This document shows, piece after piece, positions 36,901-47,416 of a stretch of 64,000 nt of DNA. Position numbers and translations under genes: made by a program. The stretch covers positions 1 through 64,000 of the forward strand of contig FLMG01000972.1 in assembly GCA_900088475.1 (NCBI GenBank). Reading direction: 5' to 3'. The notes beneath the pieces are model-generated. The model did no database searches and was not told where the DNA came from. It saw only the letters and a list, made by a program, of their open reading frames with translations. Positions within the stretch are counted from its first letter, which is position 1, and each line of letters begins with the position of its first letter. The DNA is from Hyphochytrium catenoides. Taxonomy: Eukaryota; Protista; Hyphochytriomycota.

Positions 36901-38030
36901 TTAACCTTGCTTGGTCAAGGAGTGCAAAGCGGAGCTGATCTTTGGCAACAAGCTCCACCGCTCCTGCTTCTTGCGCCCCGTACGTATCATGATGATGCCT
37001 TTTAGTACCACTGGCGGGCAAGCTAAGGTGCTTCTCTTTCGTGTACGAGATTGAGAGAGAGAGAGAGATTGAGAGAGAGAGGGACCGAGAGAGAGAGAAA
37101 GGCTGAATGCGAGAGAGAATAGGAAAAAAAGGAAAGAGAGAGAAGGAGATAGAGAAAGAGAGACAGGGACAGAGAGAGAGAGGCACAAAGAGAGAGAGAC
37201 AGATAGAGAGAAAGAGAGAGAGAGAGGAGAGAAGAGACAAAGGGTATAGCAGAGATGCGAACGTGCAGCAGGCAAAGGCGACAGCTAGAGAGCGGAGGGA
37301 GCGGTTACATACTTGTCAATCCGCCTATCACAAGTACCAGCGCAAGAATTAGAAGTCTTGTTTCCCATGTCTTACTATTGGATCAATATGCAAGTCTGGT
37401 TCTGATACCCGGTGGTTCGAGTGGACTTATACTTGTGCATTGAGAGTACTGTTTTACTTTACGTTCTGTGCTTCACTTCTCTCTCCGCTGCTTTCTCTNN
37501 NNNNNNNNNNNNNNNNNNNNNNNNNNNNTCTCTCTCTCTTTTCTTCTTATCTCTCTCTCACTCTTTCTCGCTCTCTCTCTCTTTTCTTTTTTTCTCTCTC
37601 ACTCTCACTCTCTTTGTTTCCTTTTCTTTCCTCGTTCCTCTCTCACTCTCACTCTCTTTCTCTTCCTTCTCTCTTCTTGCTCTTTCTCGTTCTCTCTCTG
37701 TCTCTTTCTCTTTTGTGTCTCTCTCTCATGTTCTTCCTCTTTCTCTCTCTCTCTCTCTTTGTCTCTTCCCTTTCTTCCTTGGTGTAGACCTTCTCCCTCC
37801 TTTGTTACCTTCATCCCTCCTTATCTTCTTCTTCTTCTTTCCCTCTGTTTGTCTGTCTTTACACTCTCCCTCTGCAGACGATGGGCTCTCTCTTCCTCTG
37901 GTCGTAGTACCTTACTACATCTTTACGCTCTCTTGACCGCCTCCCAGGGCAGTTACAAGCGGAAAGTCCTCTCCCATCATGTTCATCATCTCTTCACTCA
38001 CCAGTCCTCCGCGCCCAAGAAGAAGCACAT
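36901..38030 (-). CDS. Candidate single-pass membrane microprotein (at least 66 aa, 3 exons; may extend to an ATG near 38643)
   Basis: Exons 38030-38002, 37374-37313 and 37010-36901 have GTGAGT and GTATGT donors with matching phases. They give MCFFLGAEDCKTWETRLLILALVLVIGGLTMVLKGIIMIRTGRKKQERWSLLPKISSALHSLTKQG*. Confidence 0.45.
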
Positions 38031-39261
38031 GTAGCCTGTCCAGTTCTTAACCTCTTCTTAGCCCGTAGTCCTGCACGCCAATTGTAGATGATGTGCCAGA
38101 GGTGAGGTGCTTAGGGGGAGGAAATGATAACGCGAAGGAGATTGATCGAGAAGGATCGAAGAAGGGAAAAATGAGAAAGAGGAGGTAGTTCTATGGCAAA
38201 GGAACTTCTCTCTCTCTATATATACATACTATAAATAGATACAAGCATACGTCTCTACGTCGTCTCTCCCTCCTTCTCTCTGTCTATGTCTCTACGTCTC
38301 TCTCTCTATGTCTCTCTCTTAGTATGTGCATTTTAATCGCCCTTTGATGTTTCCCTGTGCGGCTCTAACTCGGGCACCGCCTCTTTCTCCCTCTCGTTCT
38401 CCGTGACAGTTCGTTTCTTATCATAGAAAAAACCTTCTTCGCTTCATCTCCGCCAGTCCTCGAGCCTCTTATTTCTCATTTCTCTTTTCTTATCTATCTC
38501 CTTAACGTCGCCCCTCTCTCTCATGGCCTTTGCCCCTCGTGACTTTGGCTTCTCGACTGACCGTTACTAAGCTGCAAAGTGAGTTGCCCTTGTCCCTGCC
38601 TTTCTGCTTCATGTCTCTCACAGTGCGCCTCAAACCCATTCATCTTTCCACCGGCATCTGCTGTCAGTGGCTGATGCTAACTCTGTCCGGCATTCCACCT
38701 CGCTTCTACTCGACATTATAAGTGCTTAAGCACCAGTCGCCGGGATTGGCAAGCCTACCTCCTCTCACTACATCCTAGTACATCTTATAGGTGACTCCAG
38801 CAGTCTCCACTTCTTCTTTTCTTCTTTGGCTCTCTTGAGCTTTCACTCTCTCTCCTCTCGTCTCTCAAATGCGCTTGCACTAGTGCTATCCTTTGCTATA
38901 GAAGTTACCTTCGTCTCACAACCTTCATTCAGGGCCACTATCCCACATCAGCCCAGCGTAGTCGTACTGAAGAGTAGCAGCCAGAGGCTACATAGAGAAA
39001 AGATGTCTTCACTTCGATGACTAAACACTTCTGGGGAGGCAGTTGATAGTCTACATCTCGTAGCCCGGTGGTATCTAAGGCGCGGACCACCTGTCAGACA
39101 GATTTCATCCACCATAAGATATGGTCCTGATGTAGAAGGACGCGAGGAATCTTCCTTTTGGAAGTAGACGAAATCACCGTCGCTTCCTTCCTTTACTCTC
39201 TAAACCCTTTCTCTCTCTCTCTCTTTCTGTCCCCCATTCGCTCTCTCCCGTCCGCTCTAGC

Positions 39262-42151
39262 ATGGGCCGGAACGCCAGGTCTGCTATTGCAGGCTCGGCT
39301 ACTGAGGTACACGGAACCGTTAGCTCAAAGAAAGTTCACGTGCAGCAGACCCTCTCTTCCTCCGTCCCAGTGACTTACAGCGGCAGCGTTGCGTCTCCTG
39401 ACAAAGGATCAAATGGCCGAGGAAAGAGAAGCGATAAGGGGACAGAGAAAGGGTTCTCTTCTGCGGAGCAAAGCACGTTACCCCGAGTCTTTGTCGGTGA
39501 TAAACGGCCTCTGAAGTCCCACACAGAGCCGAAGGAAATACACCAGGTCGCAGAGGAACCTCCTCCGGGCCTCGGTAGTCTCGCTGCAGGCCGAAGTCTC
39601 AAACACATTGGCAGGAGGCAGACTGCGACGGTCGTGACAAATGGCGGAGTGAAAGCAGGTGAGGGACATAACGCTTCAGTGGCGGAAAGAGAAGAGACCG
39701 AGAAAGAGGGACCAGGAAAGAGAGAAGAGAGATTAGAGACGAGTGCTATTCATAGCGTCCTCTCAACCCAACTAACCGCCGTCATTTTACGGGTCTTTGG
39801 CTTCACAGGGACCGTTGTTATCGAGGATCCACGCCTTAGGGAGCGCATCCTGGCTGTCTGCTGTAAGACTTGCTTCCTTCATCCTTCCTATCCACGTGCC
39901 CTCTCTCTCTCTCTTTCAATTTCTCTTGTCCGTCTTCTCTTCTTCTCTCAACTCTCTCTCTTTCCTTGCTCGTCACTCTTTGCTTTCGAAATGGCCCATG
40001 TAGTTTGAGCGTGGCGCTAGTGAGCTTCCACTCTTCTCTCTTCTCTAGTGGTCTCTCATCTTCTTTATCTCCGTCCTGATCTTTTATGTCCTGTGACTTT
40101 CTTTTTGGCCTTGTCTCTCTCTCCATCACTACTGCTGGCCCGCCCTCCGACACTGAGATTCCTTTCTCTTCTCCTGCCCCAACTCGGACCAAAACGCCCG
40201 TGGTTGACAGTTGAACAGAAGGACTTGCAGGCTATCAAGCAAGCGTTTTTATCTAGAGACGCGGAGTACGTCCCATAGCGCCCAGCACCTTGACTTTCCC
40301 TTCACCCTTCCTGAACTCCTCTCTTCCTTCTCTCTTTCCTGTTTGTTTGCCTTCCTTCCGTCGGTTGACTGTCTCCTTTTCCTCCCCAGAAACTCTGGCT
40401 TCGTAACTGTAAAAGACCTGAAGAAGCTCCTGGACGAGAGTAACGAAGTCTTACTCTCCATGATCTACTCTCTGGCGGGTCTGTCTGGCTCTCTTCTTTC
40501 TCTTACTCCTGTCTCTAGCTCACTCCTTGCTCTGACTTTCTCTTCTAGCTGGCCCTACGCAGGTCTTGCTCTTCATGATCTCAGCCATTCCTCTCTCTCA
40601 TTCTCTCCGTCCCATCCTCCTCTCTATGCCTCTGAATCTCTCCTTTCTCTCCGTCTTCGGCAGTTGATTTGTCGGTCGTTCTCCCGTCTTTGCTAGTCCT
40701 CTTCTTCTCTGCAGTTTCTCTTCTGATGGTTGTGTCTCCGCCCAAACTTCTCTCTCTCTCCTTTCCGTTGCTTCATGGCAGTTGTAAACCCCATCAAGCC
40801 GCAGGCCAAGTTGATCAGCTTCCTTCAATTCCTAGAGGTCATTATGAACTTCTGCACGAAGACCAAAGAAGAGATCACGAGATGTATGACTCTCTCCTCT
40901 GTCTCCTTCTTTCTCTCATCTTTTTTATCTCTCTCTCTCCTTTGCTCTCTCTCTCCCATTCTTTTTCTTTCTCTCGTTTCGTTCTCTCTCTCTGTGTCTC
41001 TCTCTCTTACTCTCTCTCTCCTCTTTCTCTTCTTTTCATTTTTTGCGATGCATCTTGGGCCTTGCCCTTCTTCCCGGGTTCTTCTGCTGCTTTGGCTACC
41101 GGACAGTCTGTCACGTGGGCGTATTTCTTTTCTACCGTGTCCGAGTCCCAAAAGCTTTATTGACCAGCTCTTCTCCTCTCTCTTCCTCTCGCTGTCAGGG
41201 GTCTTTGATTATTATGACGAAAACAAGAATGGCACGCTTGAGGCGGTGCGTTTCCATTGTTCACTATTGATTCAGACGAGTGAGAGACGCGGATGAAGAG
41301 AGAGGAGAAGAGAGAGAGAAGAGAGAGAGAGAGAAAGAGANNNNNNNNNNNNNNNNNNNNNNNNNNNNNNNNNNNNNNNNNNNNNNNNGAGAGAGAGAGA
41401 GAGAGAGAAAGAAAGAGAGAAAGAGAAACAGAAATAACAGGGACAGAGAGAGAAGAGAGAGAGATGGAAAGGAGAAGAAGAGAATAGAAGATAGGGACTG
41501 GAGACCAGTCAGAGAGGGAAGAAAGCAGAAAGCAGGGGAGAAGCAGATACAATGTCTTCAACGATAAAATGAGCACTGCGAAACCCTTTCACAGGCCGAA
41601 GCAAAAGAGCTGCTTATCATGTTCAGCAAGGATGCTCCGCTTTTTGAGGGCAATCTGGACCGCATGATGAAGATGTTAGACCAGTACGTGGTCGTAACAA
41701 TCTCTCCCTCTTTCCTGGCAATGTCACCACTGGCTATTCTCTTCAATTTCTCTCTCTCGCCTCTCGGCTCGATCCCTCTCCTTTGTCCGCTCTGTTCCTT
41801 CTTCTCTAGGCTGTTCCCCGGAGGTCGTAGATAACTCTTCCCTCTCTCTGAGTCTGAAGCCCGTCTTCCCATCGAATAAGTTTCCTCTTCGTACTCTCTC
41901 TCTCTCTTTGCCTCTGATCGCTACGTCTCCACTCCTTGCCTTGTCTCTTCTCTCCCTCGTATAGGAATCGAGACGGAAAGATTGACATGACGGAGTTTCT
42001 GGAGCTCAGTAACAAGGCTCCGATGGCCTATTATCCCATCTACAGGCTCAGTGAGAACGCCAAGGCCCACACTTTAGGTCAGAGAGAGTGACGAAGACTG
42101 CCGAGAGACAGAAGTGTAGTGGGATACTGACGAAGAGGAAAGAGGAAGAGA

Positions 42152-42184
<33 letters not shown>

Positions 42185-42724
42185 GGAGAGAGACCGGCCA
42201 TCTGCCTGAGTTATCCCGTCTCTCTTTTCCCTCTTCCCATTGTCATTGTGTCTCTTTGCAAGAGGCTCCGTCGCTCAGTCCTCTGGTTCTCCTCCCTTGC
42301 TGGGACTTCTACCTCTTGCTTGAGCTTGAGGCTTGCACGACCTAACCACGTCTCCCTTCTGACAGGTCCACAGAAATGGGAGGAGATAATGAACCGGATC
42401 AGAAGGAAGGCAGAGATCGAAGAGTACAAGGTACATCCTTGTCGGTTGTTCCCTGCTTCCCACCGGCTAGAGCATATCTCTCTATCTTCCAGGACCCGCT
42501 CTCACTTTAACAGGCTGTCCGCCCAGTACCTCTTCTCTCTATTAACGCTGGTCTCTCCTCACGTCTTTGCCATTCAGAGCACACATAACGGTCAAGGGCC
42601 TCCATCTTCCTGGATGGACCGTCTTAAAAGCTTCTTCGGCATCGAAAGCTACGTCCCTTACGACCATGAAAGAGCCACAGCAATGCGGCAGAAAGAAATC
42701 ATCATGAACTCTGCAAAAACATAA
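39262..42724 (+). CDS. EF-hand calcium-binding protein (calcineurin-B/NCS-like) with disordered N-terminal extension
   Basis: Phase-consistent exons: AFLSRDAENSGFVTVKDL, ISFLQFLEVIMNFC, WVFDYYDENKNGTLEAAE and LDQNRDGKIDMTEFLEL (two canonical EF loops), then PMAYYPIYRL...LGPQKWEEI. The start is uncertain. Confidence 0.85.
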
Positions 42725-42976
42725 ATATGTGCAAGCTTGACTGATAGGCGAGTGGGAGAGGCAGCGATGTGGAAGAAAGAAGCGGCCAGATAAAGAGTGA
42801 GAGAGAGCTTCAGATGGATTCATAATTCTTAGGCTCTTTCCTACACTTCCCGTAACCAGTGGCTATCAATCTCCTTTCCATAAGAAAGTAANNNNNNNNN
42901 NNNNNNNNNNNNNNNNTCTCTCTCTCTCTCTCTCTCTCCCTTTCTTCTCCCTCGGGGTCTTTTAACTACAGCTTCC

Positions 42977-44776
42977 TCACTTAATGGGCGGAATCACCAT
43001 GAGGCAGCTCTCATAGGTTGGGATAAGCCTTCTAATCGAGTCGAAGGCCTCTTCCTCCCCGTACGCCTCAAGCAACTCAATGGTTTCCTGCGTGTCCAGT
43101 AAAATCAACGCGGGGTTAGGGGACCGAGAAAAGTTCTGGCATCAGGCAGATGGCGGAACTTGAAGTCCTGACAACACTGCCAGCAAGAGAGGCAAGGAGA
43201 AAGGAAAGAAGAAAGAATAGAGACGCTAGCAGAGACGCAAATCTGAGAGAGGTAGAGGATAACAAGGGTAGACAGAAGATACATAGGGACGCCGGTGGTG
43301 GGATGACGAAAAGGAGAATGAACAGAGAGAAAGGAGGACAGAAAGAAATGCGGAGAGACTGAATGACAGTCTATCGAGTTTTCACCTGAAGAAGATCGCT
43401 TATGTTTGACTGGGAAGAACCTAGATGCTTATCCTTCAGCAGGTTACAGAGTGGGACGAACTGTCTATAATACTGCTGCAGGGCCCGTCCTACGCCCTCA
43501 CATACCACCAAGTGCTGCAGCACCAACATAACGCCTGTTACGATGTCGGGTTCTCTGGTGTTGAGAGCGTTCTTTAAGTGTGTCATAAGGAGAGGCAGGC
43601 AAGGGAGAACCTTGGGGTTGTTGCTCCCGCCCTCTAAGAGGTCGAAGATGCCTTCGTAGACAATGAAGCGGTGTGGCTCTTGTTTCTCCTGCAAATAGAG
43701 AAGTAGGAGGTGACATTATCGGTTGTTTGCTTGCTTATATGCGAGATAGCGAGGGACAGATATAAGGACTGAAGGAGGAGAGAGAAAGAGAGAGAAGAGA
43801 AGACGCAGATAAAAGCGAAAGAGGAAAGAGAGATAAAAGGGACGAAAAGAGAGATACAGAGAGAGAAACAGGAAGGACCAGAGAGAATGAGAGCCAGTCA
43901 TCCAATTACTCCTCCTCACCTGCAGTCCACTGAAAAATATTGGCAGGTATTTCTCATAGCTAAGACTCTCGATCTCAGTCTTCCAGATCAGCTTCCTACC
44001 TGTACCGCGCTCCTGTACGGCCGAATTAGCTTGGCATTCTATGTGAACCTTGGAGCCATCACCGCCTATTGCACTTGCATGGCCCCTCCCTTTTCTCTCT
44101 CACTCTCTCACTCTTTCTCTCTTCTTTCTCTCTCTCTGTCCCGCTCTTTCTCTTTCTCTCCTGTCTTCTCTCTCTTCACTTATAGTCCCTCCTGTGAGAA
44201 ACTGCCTGTCTTCGTCGAATTGTCATCCCTCTGGTCACTTATATCTGATGCTCTCCTCTCTTCCAGCTCACCTGTATAAACACTGGTAGATCCCCATTGT
44301 CAAAGCACCGTCTAAACTCTGTCTCGCTCTTCTTCTTCGCTTGCGCAGTGCCTGACATATAATCTTCAGTCAAGACCTATTCCTGGCTTCGACTCTCTCG
44401 CCACTTCCGACTATCACTCTCAATCCTCGCTCGTCTATATGCTTCTCAACCTACCCGGCCTACCGCCCCTAGTTGCAGGTCTAGCAGAGCTGTTTCTTCC
44501 CGAAGATGTCCCGGGTCGGGTCACTGATTTTTCTTCAACCTCGGTGTGGATAGCATTTTGAGTCTTCGTTGAGCCCTGGAGGGATGAGAGATCAGAAGCA
44601 TGTAAGCAGGTTCACCAGATAGCAACTATTAGACCTTGAGTAAGATGGCCATATCAGAAGGAGGGAGAGGTATGAAGAGAAAGAAAGGGCCGTGCAAGAT
44701 GCTTGTACATCTAATCGGCCTGAGCTTTCCTAACCTGATCAAAGAACAGAATATTCTCTTCGTCCTGTCCTGACAT
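42977..44776 (-). CDS. PACRG: Parkin co-regulated gene (PACRG)-family protein, divergent
   Basis: Spliced: ETEFRRCFDNGDLPVFIQERGTGRKLIWKTEIESLSYEKYLPIFFSGLQEKQEPHRFIVYEGIFDLL...LKNALNTRE...LQHLVVCEGVGRALQQYYRQ...NISDLLQETIELLEAYGEEEAFDSIRRLIPTYESCLM. Could be a PACRG-like paralog; the start is uncertain. Confidence 0.85.
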
Positions 44777-45933
44777 GCTTGCAGGAATTTCGTATGCCTT
44801 AAGCTCTTTACGGAATCCCCGCTAACCTTCTCTCAGCTCTATCTCGTTCCTTCTAGCTTCGTATCACTGTGCTTTGTCCTCTACTCTCTCCGCTATACTC
44901 TCTCTCTCTTCCCTTCTCCCAGGGAACCACCCAAGAGCGACTTTCGCTCCTATCGGGAAGAGATATGACGATGCTAGAGATTCCTTGCGCCGTAAGTAGA
45001 GCGGGGCAGGGGTCAGCTTGATGAGCAGCATTGACTGCGGGTGAGGATCTCAATAATTAAGGAGCACGAGCTGTCGACAGATTGAGAGCTCAACAGCGAG
45101 AGGCAAGGGCCATTGAATGCTTTAGTTTAGAGGAATCATTGACGATAAGCGCCATCCTCCTTACACAGTAGCAAAAAGTAGTCGGAGACAGAGAAGTGAG
45201 AGAGGAGCCAAACGCATAGACCGAACAGGCTTAACATAATGGATAGCCTCCCTGGAGTCATCTTGACCTTCGACACAGAGTACCAAGAGGTATTTGGTGT
45301 CCTTTGGATGAGCAACAAAGGGCGTTACTGGCACCCAAACTCCCTGCCAAATTTTCCGAAGAGTTCAATTTTGAATCCTTCAGACAGAAAGAAACCGCCT
45401 GGCTCTGAAAGAGTAAGGGACAAATTGAAGAAACATACAGAACCTTTATTTCAATGAAGTAAACGAGAAAAGAACTAAATCTTTTATTATTGATAACGCG
45501 CATTACATTCGGGACCAGTCTGCGTGGAAGCTTGAGTTCTGACTCGGAACTGTATTTTTGAGCTTCGCATTCTCCTTCACAGACAGAAAGGCGATCTTTC
45601 ACATCAGTGATGAGGCTCACTCAAGATCTGCAGCATCGCCACGGCCTCCTCGTCTTTCACATTCTTCATCAACTGCAGGCTCATATCTTGGGAGCCAGCC
45701 TGCTGTGCTGTGCCTACAGCTCACTACAGAACTTATAAGGGAGGAGGAACATCTGCTCGTCATGGGATGGAGTCTATTGGCCTAACCTGATGTTAGTTCT
45801 ACAAAGGTTTGGTCCAACAGAAGCTTCTATAATCTTAGATGAGAGCTCGTGCTTCGGCCTTGCTTTTGGGCAAGAGCAAGACCTCTATCAGCTATTCAGG
45901 GACAGTTGAGCGCTCTCGGGCCTTGTCTTGAAG

Positions 45934-46781
45934 ATGTACCATGGGAAGGAGCTGGTCTCCCACGTCTTCATGGTCCCTACGAAGGCCATACTCTCCTCGA
46001 CAGGTGAAATAAAGCTATAGACTGATTGTGGCACGATTATTCCTGTTGCAACTGACACCTCTTCCAACTCTTCGATTGGCTCTCTCTCAACACGACCCTC
46101 ATTCATATTGCAGAAGGGCGAGACAAGCTTTACCGGCTGGTACAATGGACTTGTAGACTGCTTGCTTGGGCCCTGCTCTGGCGGCAGAGGAGGCGAGGAC
46201 AGTCTATCTCCGTCCGCCAAACGAGCCATAAAGTCCAGGGCATAAAGGAGCCACAACGCCCAATCTCGAAAGCTTACCTCCAGGAATCCAGCGAGGAACA
46301 GAGAGGTCTCTCTCATCAGGCAGCTGTGCGCCTGCAGGAAGCAGAAGCATTCATCAGAGACAGCAGAAAACTCTATCGACTCTTCAAGTTCTTGGACATG
46401 TGGGCCATTTACCAGCACCTTGAAGAGAAACGTCCTGGCATTCGGAGGCTCAGAGTTCTGCGCATTTTTAGCTTCTGCTTCTTTTTCTTCACCGAAAATG
46501 TCATTCTAGTGGCCTCCAAGTTTAGACTGCTCCCTGCTCTCCCTCTCAGCGCAATGCGACGCGCCTGCTACTCGAGCTGGTGCCTCAGCATTATCTTAGG
46601 GATTGTTTTGGACTACATGATGCGGAGAGGGACCGCTAGAGGATACGTCAAGGCTGTGATAGACCTTCCTATGTCCCTTATCTTCACTTTTAGACTGCGA
46701 GTGAATGATGGTGTTCTTGCGGCTATGGGAGTAGCTTCCTCACTGATGGGTTTGTCTCTGAGGAACCAGTTGGCTCAATAG
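45934..46781 (+). CDS. PEX11: Peroxisomal biogenesis factor 11, 2 exons
   Basis: Exons 45934-46003 and 46114-46781 give ILSSTEGRDKLYRLVQW (Pex11 GRDK..R..Q motif), the amphipathic IRDSRKLYRLFK, and C-terminal DLP...DGVLAAMGVASSLMGL. Confidence 0.85.
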
Positions 46782-47416
46782 AGACCATAGATTTAAAGTG
46801 TGAAGTCACTCTCCTAGACCCAGCGGTAGTACTACCTAAACAGCCCGCCTATATCTCTTCTCGGGAGATGTATTCTGGCTGATCGGTTCTAGTGCAAAGC
46901 TACGGAAGCTGGTGTCACAAAGGGGAGAGACGGCCAAGTTGACAAGCGATAAAAAGACTTTATCGTACAAGCGTGTTGGCGCGATCCGCAGGTTCCTTCT
47001 CCACTCATTGCGGCTCTACTTGCTGGCTAGAGACAGAGGACTACTGGACTATCGTTTGACTTTTCAGCCCAATCCACCTACACCTTCGTCACTGACCTCA
47101 GCTTGAGGAGCATGCGCTGGCAGCGAGGACTTATGACGAACTCCAGCCTCGTCTCAGGCACTATTTCTTTCAAGCGCTAGCATGGATGGGCTCCGCCCTG
47201 GGTGGAGCGAGACTAGCGAGAAGAAGCCAAAGAGCAGAGTATCAGTACTAAATAATATCAGGAAGACGTTGAGCCAGACGCAGGGACACACGTCGGCATG
47301 AATCTCAAGTTAAATTGTTGAACTGTAGAAGTGCACACTGGCAACACCGCTGTGCGCTTTCGCAAGTGTTGTCGCACAGTTATAAATTAAATGTTAAAAC
47401 TTTCTAGGGTTACATG

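Noticed and set aside
37100-37900. Many long Leu/Ser/Phe-rich or Arg/Glu-rich ORFs (also at 1526-1937, 29520-30228, 40669-41576 and 43887-44289)
   Set aside because: These are translations of (CT)n/(GA)n tracts, which lack stop codons; they are intronic or intergenic.
45136-45620. Overlapping short ORFs between PACRG and PEX11
   Set aside because: No recognisable motifs or consistent splice model; may be promoter/UTR sequence.
45888-46418. 176-aa minus-strand ORF
   Set aside because: It is the antisense shadow of PEX11, which has family motifs and a proper intron on the + strand.
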